Shown here piece by piece: positions 24,353 through 37,839 of a DNA stretch of 64,000 bases (the stretch's first letter is position 1; the number at the start of each line of letters is the position of its first letter). A model generated the notes under the pieces. That model ran no database searches, was not told where the DNA came from, and saw nothing but the letters and a program-made list of their open reading frames with translations. The position numbers and the translations under genes are program-made. The stretch covers positions 22,239,981 through 22,303,980 of the forward strand of contig NC_068999.1 of assembly GCF_001194135.2 (NCBI RefSeq), in the 5' to 3' direction. The stretch comes from Octopus bimaculoides (Eukaryota).

Positions 24353-24809
24353 ATATATATATATATATATATATGTGTCATTTATCCATGTTTACATGCA
24401 TGTTCTGGATGGGTCTTTTCCAGCACAGCATCTGACTACTTATTGAAATCCTTTGTCATTTCCTTTGTGAGGGTCAGCCTTTCAAGAACAACATTCACCA
24501 CTCTATCCTCTTCAGTAGGTTCCTTCCTCTTGGACTGCTTACCAATTATTTACTTAACTGCTGCTGCTGCCACCTCTGTTCCTGCCACCACCACCCCACT
24601 ATGCATCACATGTTCATACCAATTCAATCATATCTCTAGATCATTACATCTGATTACTTCTATACTCAATTTTTCTCAGTTCATTTATGCTATCATTCAC
24701 GCATAAAAATATCATGCATCTAGTAGAAGAGCATCCTTGCTTCATTTCGTTCAAGCTTTCACATATCCTTTGTGCAGTCATAGCCTAGGTTTTGTACAAT
24801 GCAACATCA

Positions 24810-25080
24810 TCTATATATTTAAAGATGTGAATGTGTCTGTCTGTGTGTCTGAATGAATGCCTAAAACTCGAGAACTACACAACTGATTTCATTCAAATTT
24901 TACACATGCCTTACTTAGAGTCCATGTGTCATGGGCCAAAACAATTTTCTACTTTTTGCCTAATGTGAGCCCAGAGCAATCCCTTATCTCTTACACTATT
25001 TCAGTATTACGTGTCAAAAGTGAAACAATAACATCCCTCAATTGTAATGTGAGATACTTTCAGCTTCATAGTTGTACTAT
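24810..25080 (+). mobile_element. Non-autonomous Helitron 5' end (3' end not found)
   Basis: A|TCTATATATTTAAAG followed by TGTCTGTCTGT and AACTACACAACTGATTTCATTCAAATTTTACACA, typical of Helitron 5' termini. Confidence 0.6.
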
Positions 25081-25130
25081 GAATTCTGAAACTATTATCT
25101 CACATATATACATGCATACATAAATACACG

Positions 25131-25184
<54 letters not shown>

Positions 25185-25717
25185 GTATAGAATTAATTTC
25201 ATAGTGTAGGTTCTCTCTATACAGTTAATTTTTCAATGTATAAGGAAGTGTTGTGATTTGGGCATGGTTTGATTGGCTGAATATCTTTTCTATCATCAAC
25301 CGCTTAAAACAGAATGGGTGCACTTTATGGTGCTGCAAGGACTGAAAAGGCTGTCAGACAAAACAACCTCTATTACACTGTGCAATCACTTACAGTTACA
25401 GCTCTTCTGCACAGGTTGCCTTGCTGCAGCTTCAAGAATCTCCACATTTACTCAATGCAGATTTTATACAATTATTGCTCTCCTAATGCTATGGGTCCTG
25501 GGTTTCTAACAACTCTCATCAATAAACACGTTTGTCAGCTAAAGTCATTGACAAGCCAGCCATGTAACAAGTTGTACTGGATAGCATGTTAACAACAGCT
25601 CACGTACACACAAACACACACACACACAAATCCATACATGTATAAATACATATATACACACACACATACATACATATATATATATGCACATACACTTGTA
25701 TGTACACATGCACTCAT

Positions 25718-25920
25718 GCTGGCAGAACCGTTAGCATGCCAGGTGAACTACTTAGCAGTATTTCATCTGCTGCTAAGTTCTGAGTTCAAATTCCATTGAG
25801 ATCGACTTTGCCTTTCATTCTTTTGGGATCGATAAAATAAGTACCAGTTGAACACTGGAGTCAATATAATTGACTCATTTCCTCCCCCAAAATTGCTGCC
25901 CTTGTGGCAAAATTTGAAGC
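25718..25920 (+). mobile_element. SINE family C
   Basis: GCTGGCAGAACCGTTAGC..GAGTTCAAATTCC..GATCGACTTTGCCTTTCATTC. Confidence 0.85.
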
Positions 25921-26539
25921 TTTTATTATTGTTGTTGTTATTATTCTTATTTTTTCTTTCCACATGTAATTGACTTAAGAGAAGTAAAAGTCACAACAAT
26001 CATAAAACAACATCAGCTATCAAGTCATATGTTCTAAAATTCAAACTTCATCTCATTAGATATAAAAACAATTCCAAGCAATTCATTTTTTAAATATATA
26101 TTCTTTTTCATTTTCCTAGGAAGGGTGAGCTACATTTCTTTGCAGGGTAAGAGTGGCTAGTTACTATTTTTGATGGATTGTAGAGCAACAATCATAGTGG
26201 AAACATACTTAGATTGCACTTGCTGTACAAACATGTTTGCTTCAGATCTCAGTGTTGCCAATAACTGAAGAATGTTTACCATTTCCCCTTCTTCCTTAGC
26301 ATTAAGGATAACTGAATAGCATTTTCAAACAGTTTATCTTAAAAAGACTCATATGCATATACTCACAAATGTCAAATCCTTCAAAAAAGCTTCTTTTATT
26401 TTTTGTACATGTTTTCCAGATCTATTAACAAACTCTAAGCTGATCCAATATAGTCAACAAAACTATATCTGGACATACTTCATTTGTTTACTGTTCATCA
26501 TAGAAGTCTTTCCAGGCTTCTTGACATGTCTTGACATAT

Positions 26540-26765
26540 GTGCATGGATTGTAAACAAAAGCCTCACTGTTCATATACATAGTGCCATCTGCAATAGCAT
26601 GACCAGGCCATTTGTTGTTTGATAGATTGAGGGATTGGAAACATGTGAAAATTGGCAACAGGAAGGGCATCTGACTTTAGAAAATTCTTCCACAATGAAG
26701 TCTTGTTTGACCCATGCAGGCATACAAAAGTAGATATTAAAATGATGATGATGATAATGACTACA
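26540..26765 (+). mobile_element. Degenerate retroposon family E
   Basis: GGCAACAGGAAGGGCATCTG..GACCCATGCAGGC..TTAAAATGATGATG. Confidence 0.6.
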
Positions 26766-26892
26766 ACAGCTGAATGTTATAATTTTATAATGAAACTTTC
26801 TGTCCGCAAAAGATTTTAGAGCCTTGGTCTTCCACTGTAGGGTTGGATTGTGGAGGAAATTTTGGTAGCTAGAATCTGTGCAGAAACCTGGT

Positions 26893-27255
26893 AAGTAGCT
26901 AGCTTACCAACCACATGGTCCCGGGTTCAGTCCCACTGNNNNNNNNNNNNNNNNNNNNNNNNNNNNNNNNNNNNNNNNNNNNNNNNNNNNNNNNNNNNNN
27001 NNNNNNNNNNNNNNNNNNNNNNNNNNNNNNNNNNNNNNCCATTTCTCCGCTAGAAGTATTCCTACGCCCCCGACCCCGTCAGTGTTCAATCAATTAACTA
27101 TACCTCATCATCATCGTTTAACGTCCGCTTTCCATGCTAGCATGGGTTGGACGATTTGACTGAGGACTGGTGCAACCGGATGGCTACACCAGGCTCCAAT
27201 CTAATTTGGCAGAGTTTCTACAGCTGGATGCCCTTCCTAACGCCAACCACTCAAT
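26893..27255. mobile_element. SINE head A (+), 100-N gap, RTE endonuclease fragment (-) and RTE tail (-)
   Basis: Head A at 26893-26938; 27039-27095 encodes TDGVGGVGILLAEKW on the minus strand; 27105-27255 is the reverse complement of the 63820-63990 tail. Confidence 0.8.
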
Positions 27256-27519
27256 GCATATATATATATATATATATATAATTATTCTCAAACAATTAAC
27301 TATCACAAGAATGTATTTTGTTTATGACTCTGCATATTTGTGGCATAAGTTTCTTTAAGCAAAATGGCAACTTGAATGGAAAGACAAAAAAGGATGTATT
27401 TAACTTGATATTGTATATAACTTGTATTGATATAACTTCTATTGTATAATTTTATAATTTAAGTTTATTACAGCAATCTTAAAGAAACTATGTTGCTGAA
27501 TTCTATTTATATTATAGCT

Positions 27520-29146
27520 CATTAATTTTACAGTATGTCAATCTTGGTGCTAGGAAGGAAAATGCAGACAATATTCACAGAAATATTTGGAATTGGGTTT
27601 TGTTTCTTCAATCACTAGTGCATCTGCTATGTGAAAAAGATACTGTGATGAAAATTTTGAAGATGAACAACTACCATTACATGATATATTCAGATAAATA
27701 AAAGAAATTTTTCAATTTTTTTGACAAAAAGAAAAGGGTTTGTAAAGTATCTAACATTAACCTCATTTCTTGACTCACTATTTTGTATTGAAACTGAAGG
27801 GTGAATGAAGATCTCTTACAATATATACTTTAACATAGCAAGAAAAAAAAGTGCAAAATATGATTGAAAAGGATATTATTGCACCAGCAGTAAAGAAAGT
27901 CATCAAAGTTATTTTGAAGATTCTGAACCTATTTTTAAGGTTATTCCTCTGAGCAACAATATACTATAGTATGATATTGATGAGATGACACTTATCAATA
28001 ATGTGCTGCAATAACTTTGGAAAATCTATGGTGTAACGGTTCTATCTCTTGTAAGTTCTAATATTCTCATGGCCTACGTAAGGTGTTGTAGTATAAATGC
28101 ATTGTTGATGAATTTCTCTTCAAAATATCTTAAGGCTTAGTCAACTAAGGAAACAGTTTCTTTAGAAAAATACTTCAGATAATACACTAGGGTAACATCA
28201 TGGCCAATAAGGCAAATCTTAGGGGTGGGTATTATTAAATGAAAAACTATTTGCCTTAATATGATTATGGCAGTTGCTACTGATGTCACATGACTATGAT
28301 TGATAGATACGAAGTGTTTCCAGCGTTGTTAAAGAAAAAAAAAAAAGCCCAATGTAAACTGTCCACAGTGTGTCTTGTACAGAAAATATGTTGTAACAAA
28401 AAGAAAAACAAAAAAACTCAGTGGACCACTTCACTGTACCTTGAAAACATACATTAACCCTTCAGTATTTAGATTATTCTGTCGAATATAATGCTTGTGT
28501 ATTGACATTGTTTTAAATCAATCATGCCTTATTTCATAGTTTCAAGATTTCAATGATGCAATTGTTATCTTATGAATGACATTGTAGGGTAAGTGTGAGA
28601 GGCCAGATCATGCTGGTTTAAACAGAAAACAGGTAAAATATTTGGGTTAGATGTGGTTGGTTTAAATGCTAAGTTTATAAAAGCAAACCAGCACAGTTCT
28701 CAACAATTTGCATTATTATGTTAAAGTAATGATAAAAAAAAGCTTTAACCAATGAAGCTTGAAACAGCACTTTTGCATACTGATGTAAAGTGCTTATCCA
28801 AAGAAGATAGCTTACAAAAATGTTAGTTGAATGTTTTGATTCACCTGTTGAGTTCCTTCCTTTACGAGGTGGATTTATCATTTAGTGAAGAACTGCAGCT
28901 GTGTAAAAATACCTGCTTTATTTAGCTGACATTTTCTAAATCAGTACTTCTGAAAGTGAGTGGTTCTGCCTCCTAGAGGCATGGCAGAAAATTTGAAGCA
29001 AGTTCTGGGGGACAAAGGTGATACGTACATCTATAGATGTAAGGTTTTGATAAACTGTTTGTTAGTCATGATCACAATAATAACAATGACAACATGAACA
29101 ATAATAATAGACTTCAAAATGTAAATAAGCAAAAACACAGAGCCAA

Positions 29147-29178
<32 letters not shown>

Positions 29179-30812
29179 ACACACACACGCGCGCACATGT
29201 ATACATATATCACCATGCTTATAGTATACGTTTATAGTAAAGTTATTCTGTGGTTAGTAGTTATGCATTTCAAACTAGTACCTACAATTAAATTAGTCTG
29301 ATCTGATATTATATGTATATATATAAAAAAATGAAGGTGTTGAAGTGTAGCAAGGAAGCAAAGAAAAAGTGTTAGTAAAAGGTAAGTGACTATTAGTTAA
29401 AAATTTGAAAAGTACTATTACTAAATATAATGAAATGCAGAAATAATCATAGGATAAAGACATTAGTATAATTCAAGTTTAAACTCTTATTTCAGGATTT
29501 CAAATCAAGACTGGCTTATATAAATCTTCTCTAGGTTACAGGAATTTTCAATATTTCTGGAATATGTCATGACTAGAACAAGAAACAGATGAAAATATTT
29601 CAGATAACAACCTGCTAATCTGGTGCCCAGTTTCCAAAATTAAAGAACACTTTTGAAGTCCATTTTGAGGCTCTTGAAAATATGCAGGTACCCAACTGGA
29701 TCATTTCTCCTGTTGAACTCTAAATGCAAAAGTATTGTTCAAAGGTAAAGGTCCTAGTAGTCTCTGAAATAGTGAAAGCACTGCAATCTAATATCCAAAT
29801 CTTAGGGCAGGTGCTGATGCATTTTTACTCATATTTGCAAACTGCAATTTGGTCAAAACTGAATTTAGCCAAATATAAAGCACAGTTAAGCAAATAAAAA
29901 CTGGCAGAAAAAAAATCATCCTAGTAGTTTTTTCTATTATTAGCAGTCACCAGGCCCATTCATTTCATTGTGAGTCTAAAACTTCTTCAATGAAATAATA
30001 TTTTGTTATCTTATTCATTTTATTGTCCTTTGCTGCATTATCACGGTAACATCTGATTTTACTTTTCTCTTGACAGTTCTGAATGATTTTATATTTTCTT
30101 ATTTTAAATATTCTATGCCAAGTGGAGTATTATTTATTTAAAAACCAGATTGTAAATGAAGTAGCTTTATCTATAAGTTACAATTCTACTATACTTAGTT
30201 TCTCTATTCATATACCATTAAACTAGAAATTTGAAAAAGGTATATCATTTTTAAAAAGTAGAGATCTTGGAAGATTATGCTCATATGGCAATCAAAGTTT
30301 ATCGAATTCGAAAGTAGGTTTTTGCTATATTTACATTCATAAAATCAATCAATTTCCAGTTTTTTCAATGATAAAGTACTATCCACCAACATTTTAAGTG
30401 ATAAACTTTTGACATTAATAGAAAATAAAGGGAAATAAATATTTTGCAATACGATTTGTATTGTTCCCAATATCACTTATTTTCAACCAGAATGTAAGAT
30501 AAACTTTGATTTCTAATGATTGATAATGTTAACATTTGAAACATTTGTATATCATAGGTTATCCCCGATGAAAATAAGTTATTCAATGCCTTTTGAAATA
30601 CTATGTATCATTCATTTTAAATTAAAACAGATTATTATTGATAATAAGCCAATTTTATTAAAGTGCACATTAATCCACATTGAATTCACACCACTTAACT
30701 CTGAAAACACTGTACTATTTTACTGCATACGTCATAGAGAGGGGGTAAAGTTGGTGAAGGCTCAGTAATTCTGTGACAAAGGAGGGGTGTCAGCGCTTAA
30801 AAGTTTGAGAAG
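27520..30812 (+). mobile_element. hAT (Buster/Charlie-like) transposon relic with degraded transposase
   Basis: Fragments KCRQYSQKYLELGF, IEKDIIAPAVKKVIK, KVIPLSNN..IDEM, AVATD, KKLSGPLH, LHTDVKCLSK and MQVPNWII in the expected order; probable right end AAAAGTTTGAGAAGCCCT near 30800. Left end not found. Confidence 0.8.
28458..28674. mobile_element. piggyBac-type MITE (inverted relative to 4721) nested in the hAT relic
   Basis: TTAA|CCCTT start; interior is the reverse complement of 4721-4942; right end eroded. Confidence 0.75.
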
Positions 30813-31039
30813 CCCTAATCTCTTAGCACAACCACTGCTTCTCTCACCCTTTGACTAATTCTCAATGTTTACCTTCCACCTGCATATACTTGAACAGAAG
30901 TGAGATTAACAGTTCCACTATTATTTAATACAAGGTTTTGTTAGTGTTTATATATGTATGCACAAATGCATGAAGCACGACCCTTTGTATCCTCTTCCAT
31001 TATCCCATTACAGAAACCAACAAAAGTTATTTGGCCATT

Positions 31040-31104
31040 TATATGAGAGAGAGAGGGGGGGAAGAGAGAGAGAGAGGGGGGAGAGAGGGGGAGANNNNNN
31101 NNNN

Positions 31105-31148
<44 letters not shown>

Positions 31149-31160
31149 TATGTGTGTGGT
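31040..31160. repeat. (AG)n/G-rich microsatellite with a 10-N gap
   Basis: Directly visible. Confidence 0.9.
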
Positions 31161-31469
31161 GCACATGTTTTTATATTTACTGGCATAAGCTGGAGTTAAA
31201 CTTCTTATAAGAAACACAGTAACGGAGCCTATCAACAGAAACCAGTAAAAGTAATAACAAGCCAAAAACTGAACATTTGCAGCAGATAATTTTAGAAACC
31301 TACCTCAACATTAGTTTAGTACTGTATCAAATAACTTCATCAAAATTCATTATAAGATGCCAGTAACAGCACATGCAGCAAGCAAAATTATAAAAACTGG
31401 CTATTGTTTACAAGAACCAGAGTAAATGAAATAATTAAGGGCAATTTAATATTATTCTGTTGGTAATTC

Positions 31470-31830
31470 CATACTTGTTGTTTAGCCATGAAGTCAGCCC
31501 TGAATGAGTGTACCTATTATTAAAGGCATTTCAGCTATGACCATCCCAACTTTTTGTGCATGAAAGTCTGCATAAGTCATAAGCAAAATGTTTCCCAGGA
31601 CTTCCTGAATGACATGTCAGGCAAAAAAATTACACTGATTAAAAAATTTTTTTTAATGCAGCATGCCCAATGATGAGCCGCATCTCAAATAGCTGCCCAT
31701 GCCTTGTCTACACTATGTTTCTTTATTTAACTCAGTAGAGATATTTGAAGTAGAAAAAGATTTGGCTGTTATTTCTAGGAGTCTAATAACTACATTGAAG
31801 CTTCCTTGATAGGTATGTCCATGACAAAAA
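31470..31830. mobile_element. Fragments of an older SINE-like family G (also 42350-42510, 43360-43565, 56470-56645)
   Basis: Shared motifs GATTTGGCTGTTATTTCTAG / GACTTGCTA..AGCAGCCAAA and GACCTATGACCAAAGG..TTCCA.CT.TGACCATC. Confidence 0.5.
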
Positions 31831-32579
31831 TAATCATTTCAAGATGTTATGATAAGGACATTTAAATGACCTTGCATTGTTAGAGAACAATATATTTTGA
31901 AGATCTAGTCATCTATTTTGATTTTTTTCCCAATTGTACTGTCAATCCACATCAGTGAATTAAATAAATTTCTATTTTTATATAATAAAATGGCTACAAA
32001 GGTCTCTATTTGCTTTACAATGGGAGTGTAGAAGAACAAAAATTACAAAGGCAACATTAATCACATTTTCCAAGTTGATGTTTTTATATGTGACTAATCC
32101 CAGTTTATTAATTATGATTGACCTACCAATTACATCCAGTTATTAGTGAGTATGGACTATTTAAAATACTAATAAAACTATGGAAGCATATCTAAAGATT
32201 TTAAGTAGCTTTGAAAAAAATTATAACTATTTTTTACACTTATAATTATTTTTGTATTCTTTCACAAAATATGATATTGTTTCTTCATAAAATCTCATCT
32301 AAATATTTGGAGGCTTTCAATGTTGGTAACAGTTTTAATACTACAGATCCCACTTGATCAGGAGACCAACCACAAATGTTATTTGAATTTTGTAAGAAAA
32401 TCATGTGAACTTCTAAAATTAACAACATGAAAGGTTAATTTAATTATTTCAATTTATTCTCCTTTCTCTTACAGCATGACTAAATTAATTTTAAAGCAAT
32501 TGAAAAAGGTAGCATATTTCAATGAAAAAAAGTAAACATTTTCTTTCTTTTCAGTCACAAGATTCTGAAAGACTTTTCC

Positions 32580-32619
32580 TCACTTTGTTTCTCACTCTCT
32601 TTCTCTTTCTCTCTCTCTC

Positions 32620-32671
<52 letters not shown>

Positions 32672-32723
32672 TACATACATACACATATACTTACAAGTAT
32701 ATATAGATATACACACATTCACA

Positions 32724-32755
<32 letters not shown>

Positions 32756-32771
32756 CAGGTATACACATATA
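32580..32771. repeat. Compound (CT)n(CA)n(TA)n microsatellite
   Basis: Directly visible. Confidence 0.95.
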
Positions 32772-33068
32772 CAGTGGCAAACTGGGTCTAAAAATATTGG
32801 TTGCCAGGAGACTAAAGTGACCCACTCACAACTACAATGCTCTCATTTATTTTTTAATTTAAAAAAAATTTTTTTTTAAAGTATTCTTTTCAACTGTCTA
32901 CAAACAGCCAGGCCGAAATAATGCATTCTTCCAGGTGTGAATAAAAAATTCTCAAACTTGATGGGATAGGCCCCTTACATACTAATTTGGGCTCCTGTAT
33001 ATGGATTCTAATGGCACAGGGGTCCACTTGCCATCAGGTAAGCTGGCAACCTGGCCAGTCCGCCACTG
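32772..33068. mobile_element. Non-autonomous hAT MITE with a perfect 8-bp TSD
   Basis: Ends CAGTGGCAAACTGG / CCAGTCCGCCACTG; TSD CACATATA at 32764-32771 and 33069-33076. Confidence 0.9.
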
Positions 33069-33399
33069 CACATATATACATACACACTCATGTATGCATG
33101 GATACACATGTGTGTATATATACACATATACACACCTGATACAAGTGTATATACACACATACACACCAGATTTAAATAATTTTAAAAGCTCATTGCTTTC
33201 TTCTAGTCAGTTTTGTTTCATTATTTTGGACACCTTTATGGTGAAGGTATTCTAACAACTGGTTATCAATTTTATGCAAAGATGAAAGAAATCTGCTTTT
33301 CAGATTTAATTATGATTATGCACACATGTATGTATGCATGTGTGTATATGCCTGCATGTGTGTGTACATGGTGGGGGGGGGGCTGTTACTACCTTCTTG

Positions 33400-33615
33400 T
33401 CTTGACATTACATGATAGTTGTGGGTGTCACTGTCATGCAAGTGGAGTATTTCATTTCTAATTTTCCGTGAAAATATATCTGATCAGAAGGAAATATTAC
33501 CTTACATGAAAACAAGTGAGGGTTGGCAACAGGATGGGTATCTGGTCATAGAGAATCTACTTTAACAGATTCCATCTGACTCATGTGAGTCATGGAAAAA
33601 CGGATGTCTAATGAT
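33400..33615 (+). mobile_element. Retroposon family E
   Basis: AAATATTACCTTACATGAAAACAAGTGAGGGTTGGCAACAGG. Confidence 0.7.
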
Positions 33616-33679
33616 GCAAATATTACCTTTTGGACTGCAATCTTTATATTTGTGTATCCATTTATATTAAATTACACAT

Positions 33680-34068
33680 AAGTTGGCAAGATGAAAGCTT
33701 AAAGGGCTTACAGTGATTAGTCTCGTCCCTTCACATTCTGAGTTCATATCATACTTTGGTTCATCCCTCAGGAATTGATAAAATAAAAACAAAATATATG
33801 AATTCCTTTCGAAAATTGCTCTTGTGCCAAAGCAAGCAATATTTCAGTTAATACTAGTTTCAAATTTTGGCTCAAGACCAGCAACTTCAGGGGTTGGGTA
33901 AGTTGATTATATCAACCCCAGTACTCTACTGGCACTTATTTTATTGGCCCCGAAAGGATGAAAGGCAAAGTCGACCTCAGCAGAATTTGAATTCAGAACA
34001 TAAAAAAAGATGAAATGCTGCTAAGCATATTGTCTGACACACTAACAACCCTGCCAGCTTCCTGCCTT
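33680..34068. mobile_element. Two SINE C copies, tail to tail (33680-33830 +, 33858-34068 -)
   Basis: The minus copy has CCCCGAAAGGATGAAAGGCAAAGTCGACCTCAGC; the plus copy is degenerate. Confidence 0.7.
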
Positions 34069-34185
34069 ATTTCAGTTAATATCATTATTACTATATTAAA
34101 TTAAAAGGTTTATTTTCATATTCTTTGTATTTAAAAATCTAGGAAGGAATGACAGGTTGCTTTAAATCAGGTATAAAATGTTTTG

Positions 34186-36009
34186 CCATATTTACCTGTG
34201 TGAAATGTGAGATATTTAATGTAACAAATCAAAAGGTAAAAATTGGGGTGTATTATTATATTTAAGTGTAGAAAAAATACACAGTAAGAAGTGTGTGAAA
34301 ATAATATTACTGAAAGATGATAGCCTCAAGATATCTCATAACAAATGTACACACACCTCATTGCCTATGGCTATGAAACAACATATACTTTGAATATATC
34401 CAAAAGCAATTGTTAATTCTGTTAGCAGGCAGATGGTGTGTGATTTTTTCCACTCTATTGTTGATTAAAAGTAATTAATTATTTGTTATAAAAGATTACA
34501 GTTTAAAATCTTCAGTATACACCGTTATAGTAAAAGTATGAAAGAAAGTATTGCTTAGAGTGCAAAATATATACTTAAGTCATGGAATTTATTGAAAAGA
34601 ACAACTGTGTAGCACCTGGGAAATTTAGAATTAAAAGCAATATTGGGTTATGGAAAGAAAGAAAAAAACCCTAATGCAGAAAATGTTAAGCACTAAATAA
34701 TCTCCAAGAACTGAAGAAAGTGGCTGACTGAATGGGTGGAAGACAAGAGAAATGTCTGATGTAACCACAACACTGTAAAATTACAAAGAGCATGTTTAAA
34801 AAATGTGGAAATAGTTAGTCTTTCAAATTTTGAAATGGGTGGTACTGGAGATTCTTCAGAAGGCATTCTTTATGTTAGAAAAAAAAAAAATTCCACAGAA
34901 GCTTCCCACTGATTTGATGATAAGATTAATGCAGTTTCATAACTTTAAAAATAAACCGAGATGATACTAGCATGACTTTGAATCAGGTCAATTTGGAAAC
35001 AAAGATGAGAAATCCGCCTCTACAACATTTTACTGCAGTTTTGTTATTTAGCTGCTGAGACCAAATTAAATCCTATGACTATTGTTGAAAGTAAAATAAT
35101 TCCAAAAAATATGAAAATCCTTTCTTGAGTTTTTATTCTCTGTCAATGTAAAAGCAGAATGAATGAGGAAGACAGAGGTTTATGGCTAAGAAAAGTATGA
35201 GATAAATTATCTGAAGCAATTTTTAAGAAGTTTAACAGTGCTGGTATGGAATTGGCATTGTACATATTGAAAGATATGAAAGCTATAATTCTATGTGTCT
35301 AGTTTGACAAGTGTTCTTCAGCCCCTTCATGTTTTGAATAAATCATGTATGAAGTTGGGAGGCACTGAATATCATGAGTATCATCTGATGAAGCTAAAAA
35401 AAGAATCTCAAAAAGACTGGTGTTGCTACTGCTGTCACCTGGGTTAAAATAGCTTGGAATGCTTTACCAGAAGATGGTTTCCAAGAGATTAAAAGCTAGT
35501 TATCAGTAATAAATTGGATGAAATGGAAGACAACTTGCCATGGAATGACCAAGATGCAACTACAAACAACACTGGAAACTTAAAAGATGATAAAATAATG
35601 GATGGAACACTGATGAACAGCTAAATGAAGAAGTGTGGTTGGAATTATTTGAAGAATCAGATAATCCAATTAGACTTTGTTAGTATTTAAGTGAGAAGTT
35701 CCTTTTATGAACAACAGTTTTTTAGGGTTGTTTGTTAACCTGTACTACATACAACCTTCACTTAATAGTTTTTAAACAAAAGTTATAGAACAAAGACAAT
35801 ATTTGTGTTTTAGCTTGTTTTGAGTTTTTTTTTTTTACAGTTTTTAAAATTTGCAGCAATATTACACTGGTTTCTTCAAAAATAATAATAGCTATGGCTA
35901 TATTCAGAACTTACATTATATAAGAAGATAAAGTATATTACTGATTTTTAGCTATAAAATACTGATGTTGCATTATATTTGAGAATGAATTGTACTTCAG
36001 TAAATACAG
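34186..36009 (+). mobile_element. pogo/Tigger-like DNA transposon relic, near full length
   Basis: TIR remnants CCATATTTAC (34186) and GTAAATACAG (36000-36009), both consistent with decayed CCGTATTTAC. Peptides QKLPTDL, GQFGNKDE, KLNPMTI, SVLQPL, VTWVKIAWNALP, ISNKLDEMEDNLPW; many stops. Confidence 0.8.
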
Positions 36010-36164
36010 TGCATAAATTGAAAATTCTAGGAGATATTTTAGATATGTATATATGTGTACATATGCATACATGTGCACACATATATATGTATGCAAACAC
36101 ACATACACATACCCACATGTGCTCACATATGTATGCACATACATCAAGGATCAAAGGTCCTTCT

Positions 36165-36392
36165 TGAGCCATAGGCTCAAAAGCTGGTTTCCAGACTCTG
36201 TAGTGTTTATATTCCCCCTACTGGGCAGGATGCTGGTCCATTGCAGGATTATTCATTTTCCCAGCTAAATGGACTGGAGCAAAGTGAACTGAAGTGTTTT
36301 GTTCAAAAACACAATGTATCACCTGGTCCAGGGATCAAATCCACAATCTTATGATCAGGAGTGCAACACCCTGACCACTAAGCCATGCACAG
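36165..36392 (-). mobile_element. SINE family F
   Basis: GACTGGAGCAAAGTGAACTGAAGTG..GGGATCAAATCC..CCTGACCACTAAGCCATGC. Confidence 0.75.
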
Positions 36393-36614
36393 CCACTGCA
36401 CATACATGTCCATATAAGAAATAAAATGGTTGCACTGTCAGTGTTGATGAGTATTCCAGTTTTCTGATCAACTGAACTACATCTACATTAAACTAACATG
36501 TAAATAGCTAAATAATCCACAAACATGTATTTTTAATGTTATTTTCAGTCAGACTCAACACGACACAGTGCATGATAAAAGTTTTCTTTTAAATTACAAG
36601 TAAAATCAATCCAA

Positions 36615-36765
36615 TAAACTTCTGCAGTTTCTGTCTTACTCAATTTCACTCACAATTTTGGGTCACTTCAAAACTACAGTAAAAGACACTCAAGACACCA
36701 TGCGTTGGGATCAAATCTGGGACCTCATGGTTGTAAAGGAAACTTCATAACTCCTCGGCCATGCC
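36615..36765 (-). mobile_element. Degenerate SINE head A
   Basis: CAGTTTCTGTCTTACTCAATTTCACTCAC..CCATGCGTTGGGATCAAATCTGGGACC. Confidence 0.55.
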
Positions 36766-37839
36766 TTCCCCTCTCTCCTCACACATATTTATGTATGTGA
36801 ATAAAAAACCAAAGTCTAAAGAAACTGGTAGTAGTCTAAATCTCCAGGAAAAAAACCAGTAAATTCCTACATGTGGGAAGTTTATGTGATGGGAATTTTA
36901 ACATTCTGAAGAAGAGCCTGAAATGGTGGAAACTACAGCTCTATCTCATTATACAAAATTTTTCATATTTGTAAATTTTAGATACATACAATACCACTGC
37001 ATGTTTTATACACATACACACAATATATAACACAAAATTGGTGGGAAAATATTCATTCAAATTAAAGGAAAAGGATTTATTTAACTTCTCAGAGAAGAGG
37101 GTCTTCACTAAAAAGGAAATGTATTATGAAGCTGAAATGATACTCTTTGCCACTAGTTTCACAAAACAATTTCATCATAGATATTATGATTATAGATTTT
37201 TAGTTGAATGAGTAGCATATTGCAGCAGTAAACTTTTAAATGTTAACTGAAGAAGAATTAACACAGGAAGTTATCTGCATCTTAAAATGCAATTCAATAA
37301 TAGTCAGGTGATGTGTAGGAGTTTTCTAATAGCATTGCTACTTTTAAAATAAAACAGCATATTGTATTTCGATTCCTGGCAGGAGCCACATTATTCATGC
37401 TGTAATGTCATTGATAAAGGTACAAACATTACACAATCTTATTTGAGGTCTTATGCCTATAACAGAAATCTATATTTTATAATGAACATATTTGAAAAAA
37501 AAAATAAATCTATCATTTTGATTTCGGATTTCTAAAGGACTAGAATGAGTAATGGCTACTGTACATTTTATTCATGTTGACAGCAAGTATTTTTAAATAA
37601 TTACAAATCTAGTTATTTCATGACAAACTCTGTTTCAACGTTCTACCATTTATTAAGAAAGAGTTTCAGAATAACATAAGTTGCTGATATCAATTACTCG
37701 ATTGCACCTTTTAATATAGAACACGAGACATTTGAATATCTGGTTACTATGACTCAATCGAAATTTCAGTACAGCTGATACTAAATACTGACAAAAATAT
37801 TAAAAAAGAAAAGTCATATATTAAATATAATCCCTTAAA

